A stretch of 58,780 bases of DNA, the filler included, from Dugesia japonica (taxonomy: Eukaryota), in NCBI GenBank assembly GCA_001938525.1. It is 6 parts of 6 records of this genome, joined end to end, with 100 filler letters (N's around TTAATTAATTAA, not from the genome) between each part and the next. Parts side by side here need not be neighbours in the genome. Positions count along the whole stretch, not along the records: positions 39,817 to 48,673 come from MQRL01631050.1; positions 48,774 to 58,780 come from MQRL01627906.1; 4 more parts are not named here. One strand, given 5' to 3'. Below the pieces are notes generated by a model. The model was not told the DNA's origin and did not search any database. It was given only the letters and a program-made list of their open reading frames with translations. Shown here piece by piece: positions 47,301-58,780 of the stretch. The first letter of the stretch is position 1; each line of letters begins with the position of its first letter. The translations under genes were made by a program, and so were the position numbers.

Positions 47301-48673
47301 TTAGGCTTTGCTTGTTGAGGTATTTACTGATATCACTCGAAATATATATTAAGTGATATTATATTTCTGTCATATATATTTTTTATCACCCAAAATGAAA
47401 TAAAAATCCAAAAAATAAAACTAATAAAAATTAACTTTACATGAAAAATGAAAGTATATTAAATTTTATTTGATAATTTACAGACCTCATGGCGATATGT
47501 TATAAGCAATAATAGTTCTTGCACTCATAAATACAAATCCCCATGCCACAGCAACTAATCCAAAACACAAGAAATTTAGTATAAAATTTTGAAATTTCCA
47601 ATTTGATGAAATCATTTCAGCTCAATAGATGGTTTCTATCTAAAATGTGATTTAATAAGATAAGTAATCTTCTTATATTATTAATAAAATACATTTAAAA
47701 AGTTTATGAATTATAAATTAATTGCTTATATCAAAATTTTAAAAAGCATAAAAACAAAAATTTGTGTCAGAAAATTTATGATGAAAGCTTACATAATGTA
47801 TGCAATTAAAAAAATTAATAAACAAAAATCACCTTGGTGAAGTTATTTTAAACCCTACAAAACAAAATATTGAAAGAATTTCGTAAAATTCAAGGTTTCT
47901 CAGTTAAAAAAATAATTTTTTTAATTAAAGGATTGCTTTAAAAAATATAAATTCAAACAAAGCACACCTGGTAAAGTTAAAGATTTATTATTAAATTTAT
48001 TTTTTACAAAAACTATTCTATTAAAAATGATTTGAAAATGATTTGCCGCATATGTGAAAAATACGAATTCTCTTAACTCACATCAATCGAATAATGATCC
48101 ACAAACTATTATAATTTTTCAATTTGATCTCATTATTAGAGTTCCAACTTTTCACATTTTTTTGCGATAAGACTTAGAATTGGGAAAAAGTTTCTTATGC
48201 GGAAGGAAAAAGATGATAAACAATTATCTAAACAAATCAACAATCTAAAAACCAAGCAATACCAAAACAAAATCTAATGACACTGGTTTTTACCGATTCA
48301 TAAAATGAAATTTATTTTGTATCAAGTATTGTTTTGATCAATTTTTTTATTACATTTAGAATATTGCAGAATCTTTACAATTCTACAAAATCAACAAATC
48401 ACAGAATAATGAAATTTTTATTCCTATTAAGTGTTGTGTTTAGCTAAATAAAATAAGCTTGCTATAAGCACTCAAAAAAATTATTTATTAGGAATCGAAA
48501 ATCTTGTTGGGGTGAAATACCCCCTAAAGTATAGAATAAACCAGGAAAGAAGATAAAGCGCAAAATACAACAATAAAAAGAAATGAAGTTAAAATAAAGA
48601 AGGTGTGGAAAGAAAATGGAAGTTACTTATGCTCAGTAATTAAGAAAAATTAATAATCAAAAAGAAATAACCA

Positions 48674-48773
48674 NNNNNNNNNNNNNNNNNNNNNNNNNNN
48701 NNNNNNNNNNNNNNNNNTTAATTAATTAANNNNNNNNNNNNNNNNNNNNNNNNNNNNNNNNNNNNNNNNNNNN
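48674..48773. other. Artificial scaffold linker
   Basis: TTAATTAATTAA at 48718-48729 within Ns. Confidence 0.95.
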
Positions 48774-49680
48774 TTTTTACGGAACAATAAGGTAATTTAC
48801 GAAAAAATTAAATTAAATTATAAAAAGATATCATTAAATTTAAAGCTTCAATCAAAATATCACAATAATTGCAATTGTAAAATGATAGCAAATGAAATTA
48901 ATTTTTAAATTATTCCAACCAATTAAAAAAATCGAGTTACTCAAAAAAGAATATAAATACGCAAAGAAAATTTTAAAAATAATATAATTAAAATTATATT
49001 TCTCCTCAAATGTATGAGTCACGCATCATCTATAATCGATTGCTGCTATTTCATTTTCAATTTCAGAAATTATCTATTACATAGGGAAATTCTTGAATTC
49101 GTTTTCCGGAATATTAAGTCAAGGCCTTAGAGAAATAAAATCAGGAATTTTGTTGATTGCACAACTTTCAAGCTTATGAAGAAAATTATTCTCAATCAAT
49201 AACTGAAAATCCTACCTTCCTATCGGTAATTTTGATTTTGGTAAGATTTAGTTGACTTATTTCTAACTAGTTCTTCGTTGAATTTTAAATGAATTTCCAA
49301 ATAACGATTTGTTTCCAGTAAACTATTCTACCCAACTATTCAATTCAAATTGAACATCAAATTTATTGACGATAATTACTCAAAGATTGATACTATCAAT
49401 GGTCCAAATAAATTGCTAATTAAAGATATGTTTCCTATGAATTGTTTCTAAATCTTCTAGAAACTGGTTTTAAATGAATCTGCAATTGGTTTGCAATAAG
49501 TGTTGTGGATGATGAAAAAAAAGTTTTTATTCTAATAAAATTTCTCTACGATGATATTATTTTTTAAAAATACATTTTTTATAAAAACCTATGAAAAATC
49601 ATAAAATTTATACAAATTGAAAAATTTTAAAAATCTTTTTACATCTAAACAAATTTAATCCATTTAGTCGAAAAAGCTAT

Positions 49681-50770
49681 CTATATATTATGAAATTTAT
49701 TTCTATTATACATTGTATTATGAAATCGAATCATTAAAGCTTCATACAGCACTCTCTCCAAATAATTTTTAAATTTTTTAGACAAAATTTCAAAATTTGA
49801 AATTTCAACATTCGAATTACATTTACTTTTATTTTTACTTTTTATGCTCAGCCATATTAATACCACTACCAAAACGATTATGCTCTTGAACCATTGAACA
49901 GAGATGACTGGCAGTTTTTCCAAAGTATATAGCATCACACCCATTACATTTTAATTGATAAAAAAAAAAGGTTAGAACACAAACCAATTGATGTATGAGA
50001 TTTATTAACAAAGCTAATAACAATCTTACGTGAACGCGAAAAAATTTCAATAAAAGATCCTTAGCAGCTTTCAGAATCGAATTCTTAAACTTTTTAAAAC
50101 CTTCAGAATAAGGAATCGATAAAATAAATGGCCCAACAAGATTTGACAAAGTATTATCAGGTTCAGGATTATTCATCACAGTTTAAATATTTTTATCGAA
50201 ATCAATATTAGTAATATTTCTATATTTAGTAATGTAGTAATAAATTGGAAGTAAATTATAAAGTTGGAAATTATTTAGAATCTTTAGAATAAAATAATAA
50301 AATTAAATCATTAAAATTAATCAAAGTAGCATATAATTGAGTAGTAAGAACATACAAATTGTAGTAATTAAAATTAATAAGGAGAAATATTNNNNNNNNN
50401 NNNNNNNNNNNNNNNNNNNNNNNNNNNNNNNNNNNNNNNNNTTTTATGCTCAGCCATATTAATACCACTACCAAAACGATTATGCTCTTGAACCATTGAA
50501 CAGAGATGACTGGCATTTTTCCAAAGTATATAGCATCACACCCATTACATTTTAATTGATAAAAAAAGGTTAGAACACAAACCAATTGATGTATGAGATT
50601 TATTAACAAAGCTAATAACAATCTTACGTGAACTAGAAAAAATTTCAATAAAAGATCCTTAGCAGCTTTCAGAATCGAATTCTTAAACTTTAGAATAAGG
50701 AATCGATAAAATAAATGGCCCAACAAGATTTGACAAAGTATTATCAGGTTCAGGATTATTCATCACAGTT
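49681..50770 (-). mobile_element. Penelope-like element 3' fragment (GIY-YIG endonuclease), present twice around a gap
   Basis: LSIPYS, YQLKCNGCDAIYFGKTASHLCSMVQEH and NFEIL......ERVLYEALMI are PLE endonuclease motifs. Confidence 0.85.
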
Positions 50771-52067
50771 TAAATATTTTTATCGAAATCAATATTAGTA
50801 ATATTTCTATATTTAGTAATGTAGTTATAAATTGGAAGTAAATTATAAAGTTGGAAATTAATTAGAATCTTTAGAATAAAATAATAAAATTAAATCCTTA
50901 AAAGTAATCAAAGTAGCATATAATTGAGTAGTAAGAACATACAAATTGTAGTAATTAAAATTAATAAGGAGAAATATTTTTGGAAATTTGAAATGGAACA
51001 AATTAATAATATATAAAAATAATTTAAATATAAAATAATAAGATATTACCTCAAAAGTTGGCGAGCATCGCACCAGCCACGAGGAAAAATGAAAACAATG
51101 AAAGTATTTATACTATTTTTGTTTAGAGGATAATGGGTATGGATTATGACAAGAAACCGAAAGCCATTAAACAAATTGGACAGGGATATTAAAATTTTGA
51201 CAACACAGAAATTGGTTTAGATGAACAGAATAAAAAAAGACAAGCCCCCGAACCCGAAAATGGAAATTAAAATGTCAAATTAAGTTAATGAGATTAGTTT
51301 AACCGATAAAACTTTTGAATGAAAATTTTAAACGAAATAAAAGTTTTATTTTAATTATAGCAATTAAGTTATATTTAAGTTATAATTAAAATACCTAAAA
51401 CATAGTAAATAAGGTATAACGAGAGTTGTTTATAATTTCATTAAAATAGATGGTTATTATAAAATTTTACGGACTCGATCCCTAACCACTACCTGGCAAT
51501 GAAAAATAGAAAGTTGATGTGAGATCAATTTGAGATCAGTATATCTAAAACATTTTCTTTAGTTGATATTAAAGTGTAAAAATCATCTTGAAAACTTTTA
51601 TTTGTGGACAAATTTTATTGGTTTTCTCTTTGTGTAATTGAGTTGTGTGCATGATCAAGTATTTAAACGAGTTAAATTTTTGTAAAAATTTGCAATATTT
51701 TGCCGGAAAAATTTATTGTGTATTTTATATCAGTTTTAATAAAATTTATTCAAAGTTATTGCGTTGTTGGAGAATATTTTCTCTTGATATCAAACTTCAT
51801 TCAGGAGAATATTTTCATTTATTATTTATTCTGCAATACGGACCTCTGCCTGATTAGTGGAGTCAGGTCAGTTACTAATTATCAAGCAAATATAGTACAA
51901 TCGAGCTTACTGTTGGAAAACACCCAACAGTAATTTAAAATTACTAATTTTACTTTTTTATTTTTTAAATTCTATTTTTGGTATTTTATTTCTATTTTGA
52001 GTAATTATTTTATTATTTTTTATAAAAACTTTTTAGATTCCAGCTCACTGAGCCAAAATTTTTTTTT

Positions 52068-52353
52068 CGCTGCCTCATCTTTCCCAGAGGTAAAATTTTT
52101 TCCCGATATTTTTTTGTTTTCGAAATTTAGTGTTTATTTTAAAGTTAATATTACCCGGAGAGCAACAACTGTTAATATTGATCGGGATAAATTATCTATT
52201 ATTATCTATTTAAAAATCATTAATTTCGCTTGAATTAAAGAAATCAATAAATTTACTTAATTTAAACAAAAAAAATGATGTCATCGACACACTAAATTTC
52301 GAAACCAAAAAAATCGGGAAAAAATTTTTACACTTCGGGGAGGTAAGGCAGTG
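52068..52353. mobile_element. MITE with ~65 bp imperfect terminal inverted repeats
   Basis: ctgcct...taaaattttttcccgat...ttcgaaatttagtgt (52068-52133) mirrors acactaaatttcgaaa...atcgggaaaaaattttta...aggcagtg (52288-52353). Confidence 0.75.
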
Positions 52354-54492
52354 TAGACCTATCTATTTACTGCAGCGATCTGAAAAAAATTGACAGACAC
52401 TACTCTACCCCAACCATATTGTTAATTTTACAATTTAATATACTGATAAGTTAACGACTTTGTTACCCGGTAGAATATTTTTTAAATCATTTTATTAAAT
52501 AACCACTTCGCTTTCCATTGAAAATTTTTTAAAATTCGTATACGTATTGATTATTTAATAATTTGATTATATTTCATATTGCTTTTTGTAAGCATGTTTT
52601 TACAACTTTATTATTTCATTTTATTTTATTGATTTTTTTTCTTGATTCAATTAAATTTACTAATTCTGTGTTCACTTAATAAGGATTTCAATAAATAAAT
52701 TTAATAATTAAAAATTGCAATTATGATTAGATATTGGTTAAAATTACATGGATGTACGTAGCACAATTTATTCATTAATATTTAAAAAATACCCATGTTC
52801 ATATTAAGTCTTATTTGAATTGGAAATTATGTAACCATAATAATAAAATGATATATAAAAGAAACAGGTATTTAATACAAAAAATTTTCAAAGAATAAAA
52901 TAATGCAATAAATAATATACAGATATTTCTCTTAAAAATAATCCACGAAATTACATTCTTCAATAATGAAATCATGCCCATATCATTTTTATCTACATAG
53001 AGCTTCGTCATCGTTCGATTTCCCAAAGTTTAATAATAAACACGAATGTATTTAACAGATGAATGCGAATCAGAATGGAACAAAAATAGNNNNNNNNNNN
53101 NNNNNNNNNNNNNNNNNNNNNNNNNNNNNNNGGTACATTATACACAATTTATTTGATACAAAATGGTGTATAACAATTAACAAAGTTAATAATAGAACCG
53201 TTTTTAAAATGAAAATTAATTTAAATACTTGAATTTTGAAACTCTGTGGATGAATTTAAAAAGTGTACAGAGTAATCAATAGTTACAAACAGCAAATTAA
53301 TGAAAATTTTTTATAAACAAATGGAACGTAGATATTATTGCAATTCATAAAATAGTAAATTGGGCATACAAACAATCTGGCAGAAATATTTAATCATGCA
53401 TTGTTATACAAAAAATACACCATTTCAAACCAATTAGAATAACAATCAAAAAATATAAAATTCCACAACGCCAACATAATTTTACCATACATCCTTCATA
53501 TATTTTTTATAATTTACTCAAGAATTACAACTGAAAAGAGTAACCAATCACATAACATTTATTGAAAACATTGCATTGACATATTTTGGAAAGAAAATAT
53601 AACGCCGACCAACATTGTAAATAGTCTATAACTGCAAATATATNNNNNNNNNNNNNNNNNNNNNNNNNNNNNNNNNNNNNNNNNNNNNNNNNNNNNNNNN
53701 NNNNNNNNNNNNNNNNNNNNNNNNNNNNNNNNNNNNNNNNNNNNNNNNNNNNNTTTGATCTGTACAATATCATTAATAATAATTCTGTACAAAAACACAT
53801 CCTAATCATTATTGTTCAGTCTACACCATAAATATATATGTATAAAGGGTGACAGAGATAGATAGGTAGAGATAATAAGCAAACTAATTTCAACAATCTA
53901 CAGTTTTGTAAACAATATTCTTCGAAGGCATCAAAATTAAGCGCACAAATTATTCCATCACTAGCTCTTTTGAATCTACATATAATCATCTCAAATTCAA
54001 AAGAAAAACAAAATCGATAGTTAATTAAAAATACATCGAGAGAGATAGCTAAAACTTGAATCACAACATAGAAATATAAATTAATTAACATCAAAATAAT
54101 CATAATTATAATTATAATTATCATTATTAATCTTCATTATTATCAAAATCAACATCCTTATCAACAATTTCAGAATATAACTATAATAAACAATAATAAC
54201 ATCATAATTGGAAAGGTTCAATTCATTGTTTGGATTGTAAATGAATTGAATATATATTTATATAAATGTAAGTATGAAGTTCTGTATAATTATCAACAGG
54301 TAGTTTCAATCTAATAGATATAAAAATATTGAATTATAATAACATAATCAAAGAAAAATAGAGAACTGATTTGACAACATTGTTCGAGATTATAAAAACT
54401 AAAATCAAATGTTTCATATTAATGAAAACCGGAAACTATTGAAAAAAAGTCCAGAAATTTCACAGGGATGCTATTGCACAAATTGATAAACA

Positions 54493-55790
54493 TTACGATA
54501 AACACAAATCTGCCATTATTGAAGAAAAATCAGAAAGTCGTTGATAATCAATGTCTTCTTCGTCGTCTACTTGAGTGTCACAAATATTTGCTCCTAAACC
54601 CGAAAGTTTTGGTGCATCTATTGGACAAAATGCAGGGTTCGAAGTAGTTGTAGTGTGCCGTTTTTGAGTGACTAATACCAATGTACATGGTAACATCTCT
54701 GGCATTACTGTAAGATGTGTCACTAATGATTTCATTGTTGGCCATTCTTTTTCTAATCCCTAATTAATTTAATTTAAATTATAATTAATGATTAATATTA
54801 ATTAGTTAGAAATTAACTGCCAGTAGTTTTCATGAAAACTCAAAAGATCGTAATAAAGCAAATTTTAGAAAATATTTACATTATAACAAAGAAAACCAAG
54901 AATAGTCTTAATTTTTGGATATCTGAATTAATTTTTATTAAATTTACCACAAAATTCAATATCTTAATTTGTTAAATGTATTATCAATCTTAACTTTATT
55001 TTCAACCCATTTTTTTCCAAAATTTTATTAAGTCTATTTCAATTAAAGAGTTTGATACTTAATACTTAAAACATTTTAATGTTACACTTCTTTTGAGTAA
55101 TTAATGCGANNNNNNNNNNNNNNNNNNNNNNNNNNNNNNNNNNNNNNNNNNNNNNNNNNNNNNNNNNNNNNNNNNNNNNNNNNNNNNNNNNNNNNNNNNN
55201 NNNNNNNNNNNNNNNNNNNNNNNNNNNNNNNNNNNNNNNNNNCATTTAGTATTGCTAGACTATAAATAAAATTGATGAAATACCACATTCTGAAATAAAT
55301 AATTAAAAAACCGAATATCTTATATAGTTTTTAAATATTTGAACTTTAATTATGCTTTAATTATATAGTATTTTTACATAAAAAAATATTTAATTGAATA
55401 GATAAATGAGTAAAATTAAATAAATAAAAACTAGTAAAATCATTTACGTAATAACCTTATAAAATAAAAGTTTAACTTCAAATCTATTGTAGTTTTGAAG
55501 AAAAATTACCTACAAGGTGTCGGAAATACATCTCACACAAATATGCCATTTGTGTTTCTTTAAAAATTACAAGATGAAAAATTAACATAATAATATACGA
55601 ATTACAGGATAAAAATTATGTTCAAAGTGGCAAATAAATTGATTAAAATTACTTTCAATTTAAATCCAGTAGATGTTCTTTGAATTAAATAATGTATAAC
55701 TCCAGTTGGATTATCAGTTTTAGAAACTTTTACTGATAAAGCGTAACATCCAGAATGACTTGAACTATCTCGAACCACAAAACTTCCAAT
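54493..55790 (-). CDS. SH2-domain adaptor protein (tensin-type SH2, EGFR-adaptor-like), last two coding exons
   Basis: Exon 55790-55653 (IGSFVVRDSSSHSGCYALSVKV...VIHYLIQRTSTGFKLK) splices GT-AG in phase 0 to exon 54759-54493 (GLEKEWPTMKSLVTHLTVMPEMLPCTL...EEDIDYQRLSDFSSIMADLCLS*). Upstream exons were not located. Confidence 0.9.
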
Positions 55791-55791
55791 C

Positions 55792-55792
<1 letters not shown>

Positions 55793-55860
<68 letters not shown>

Positions 55861-55910
55861 NNNNNNNNNNNNNNNNNNNNNNNNNNNNNNNNNNNNNNNN
55901 NNNNNNNNNN

Positions 55911-55974
<64 letters not shown>
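55793..55974. repeat. (AAT)n microsatellite spanning a gap
   Basis: Pure ATA repeats on both sides of an N run. Confidence 0.97.
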
Positions 55975-55976
<2 letters not shown>

Positions 55977-58780
55977 TTATTCTTTATTTCGTAATAACAA
56001 GAATCTATACTAACTTCATTTTACTCAAATTTTCATTATTCATGAAGAAAAAGAAGTGAATTGCGTTACTATTATTAAATTACATGTTAAGTATGAAAAT
56101 ACAATCACGATATTATGTTTCATCTTATTTAGACAAATACAAAAATGAATCGGTATACAAAGCTTAAATTTCTGATTATTTAATGCAAAGTGTAATTAAC
56201 TTCAACTTAACGTAGTCTAGAAAATCATATAATTGACAAATAGTGATTATTATAGAATATTGTTTATTCATTTTNNNNNNNNNNNNNNNNNNNNNNNNNN
56301 NNNNNNNNNNNNNNNTTTTTTCATTTATACAAGATTATTATTATTATTACAAATTATTATTACAAATGAATAGGTCGAGATTTAATAATTACTTAAATGA
56401 AATTATAAACCTTCGCAGTCCAAAAAAATTAAATACTATGTCTTGTTAATCGAAATTAAAGTGTTCTGTATCTATTGTATATTTATTAGGAAAATAAAGT
56501 CAATTTATTTTCGCTTGTTATAATTAGAATACCAATAATTCGGTGTTCCTTAATTACTTTGTCATTGATTAACTTTAAAATATTCACATCAGAAATTAAA
56601 CTTAATTTTATCATTTAATATATTAATATTATGTATTTCACATCAACGACTTTATTAAATTCATAAAAAAAAGAAATTTGTAGCTCAAAAGTCATCATTA
56701 CCGTAATTCAAGTATAAATGAGACCCATTTACATTCCAGCATTTAAAACATTACCGGAAACCAGAAAGCTAGAAATTTTTTTACAAAAATTTACTGCTAT
56801 AATTTATTTGATCATCAACTTTGCTGTTTGACATAAAATGATTACATTTAATCAAGACATGATGTATTAAGATTCTAATAGCAATTATATGAAAAAAGAT
56901 AAATACTAAATTAATACTAATTAAACAAATTATATTGGATTCATTTCAAATTATTCTTTTTATAATGATAAATATTTTATTATATGAAATTTTAACATTT
57001 AGTTAATTAAATGTTGATAAATTCAACTAGTCTTAATTTAATATTGATACAATGCATTTACAAATGTTATGAATTTTAATCAACTTGTTGAACCATTTTA
57101 ATTAATTCCATTTTTTATTATAANNNNNAAAAAAAATACTAAAAATAAATGACAAATATTAGAATATAAAATTTTTAATTTCTTTAAATAAATTGATATA
57201 TTAAAATGAACATTACTATAAATCACCAATAATCAAATGACTAGTCCAAAACAATGTAATAATACATCCAGACTGTGAAAATGATAAATATAATTAATAT
57301 TATGTTTATAATCACATTCTATTTAATTGTTTGTAGTTGAAAACTGAATTATCAATTTAAATAAAGGAAATGGTTGAATCTGCGAAATAAGAATTGTTTA
57401 GAATTAATTCTGACNNNNNNNNNNNNNNNNNNNNNNNNNNNNNNNNNNNNNNNNNNNNNNNNNNNNNNNNNNNNNNNNNNNNNNNNNNNNNNNNNNNNNN
57501 NNNNNNNNNNNNNNNNNNNNNNNNNNNNNNNNNNNNNNNNNNNNNNNNNNNNNNNNNNNNNNNNNNNNNNNNNAATTAAATTTCGAGGCAGGTATTAAAT
57601 TTTTACTTGAATTTCTATTAAAAATATAAGGTTATAAGTACAACGATTTTTAAAGAGATGCAAAAATACTTTGTCATTTTTATTAAATATATATAAATAT
57701 AATTAAGTAAAATAAATTTAATTTCTAATAATTTTAAAACATAAATATTTGGAATTAAATTTTTAAATATAAATTTTAAAAAATTATCAATTTATAAATA
57801 AAACAACAAATAATTCTATTAATTAACATATATTTTTCAATGATGCAAATTCCCAAAAATTATACATTGAAAGCTAGTAAAACTTGAGTACAAAATATGC
57901 AATATATTGAATATTAACTACAAACTCTTTATTTTAAAATAAAAGATATCAGGTTGTAATTTATAACATATCGTATTGAGTAATTTTTATTTTATTTGGT
58001 ATTTACCGCCATTTATGAATAAATACTATCTAATATCTTCTATTTAAATAATGTACAACATTTTGGAAGATATTAAAAAATCACTTAAATAATTTTATCA
58101 TTAAAAATTAAATTTTACTTTAATTTTATAAACTTTTCAAACAGATTTGTAATTCTCACTATTTTTAATGATAACTTAAACTAATTTTGAAAATGATTGT
58201 TACAAAAAAAAATCTCTTAAGATAATAATTTTAAATAATTATTATTTCTAACAATTAACTTTGTTAAAATTGATAAAATTTAAATGCTGTATTTTAATTA
58301 TTAATCTAAAACTCAAGCATTTCATTTGGATTTTAAAATAGAATAAGTTTCTCGTTAAAAATAATAGTGTTTCAAACTTAATATTAATTTTTAACAAAAA
58401 ATTCAATAATTAATGAAGTATAATAAAATAAATACAAACTTCATGCAGTTTTTATTAACGGTTGTATTGTAAATGGTCAATAAGACCCATGAACCAACTT
58501 ATATTGTTTCCACCTACAACTAACTCTTTTTTAAAAGATTTATATTTAGCATGAATTAATTTTCTAAGCTAAACGAATTTATTTGATTTAACTCCTATAG
58601 AGAAATCAAATAAATTTAATTAAAAGGAAAGAATATTTCGTGTTAAATAAAAAAAAAGATTATTATTTTGATAATGTCCATTATTATTTAATTGATTACT
58701 TATAGAAATTTGAAGTCTAAAAGAAAATTTCACAATAGATGAGCTTATAATGGTGATCCATGAACATGCGATGAACTAAA

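Noticed and set aside
49839-50981. Tandem Penelope endonuclease copies
   Set aside because: Element and flank are both repeated on each side of a gap; more likely allelic overlap than a true PLE tandem.
55760-56059. Poly-Ile/poly-Asn ORF and other ORFs made mostly of X
   Set aside because: Translations of the AAT microsatellite or of N gaps.

Overview
This is AT-rich eukaryotic (animal) genomic DNA and is not one contiguous locus. Five artificial N-TTAATTAATTAA-N linkers (9088, 18088, 30023, 39761, 48718) join six unrelated scaffolds of about 9-12 kb, so adjacency across linkers means nothing. Host genes found: a divergent TGF-beta ligand exon, a 3-exon small four-TM protein with 50-58 nt introns, an intronless DUSP12/YVH1 phosphatase, histone H4 with its 3' stem-loop, and two terminal exons of an SH2 adaptor. 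Most of the rest is virus-like or mobile DNA. (1) A largely intact Polinton/Maverick (adintovirus-like) segment at 30079-39716 carries a packaging ATPase, a pX-like membrane protein, minor capsid, cysteine protease and a 1274-aa protein-primed PolB with N-terminal zinc fingers, plus GCGAAGC hairpin arrays between genes. (2) A second Polinton end at 1-2295 has a broken major capsid gene and a candidate ACTACT terminus. (3) A large minus-strand Ty3/Gypsy-gag element at 18144-~29100 shows no recognisable pol but has about 3.7 kb of unknown accessory coding sequence, a chuvirus-type glycoprotein (env) and structured leader repeats. There are also decayed Gypsy, Penelope, Tc1/mariner, hAT and MITE remnants. 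A flatworm (planarian-like) host is only a guess from AT content, tiny introns and repeat types. All family calls come from motif recognition by eye, not database searches.
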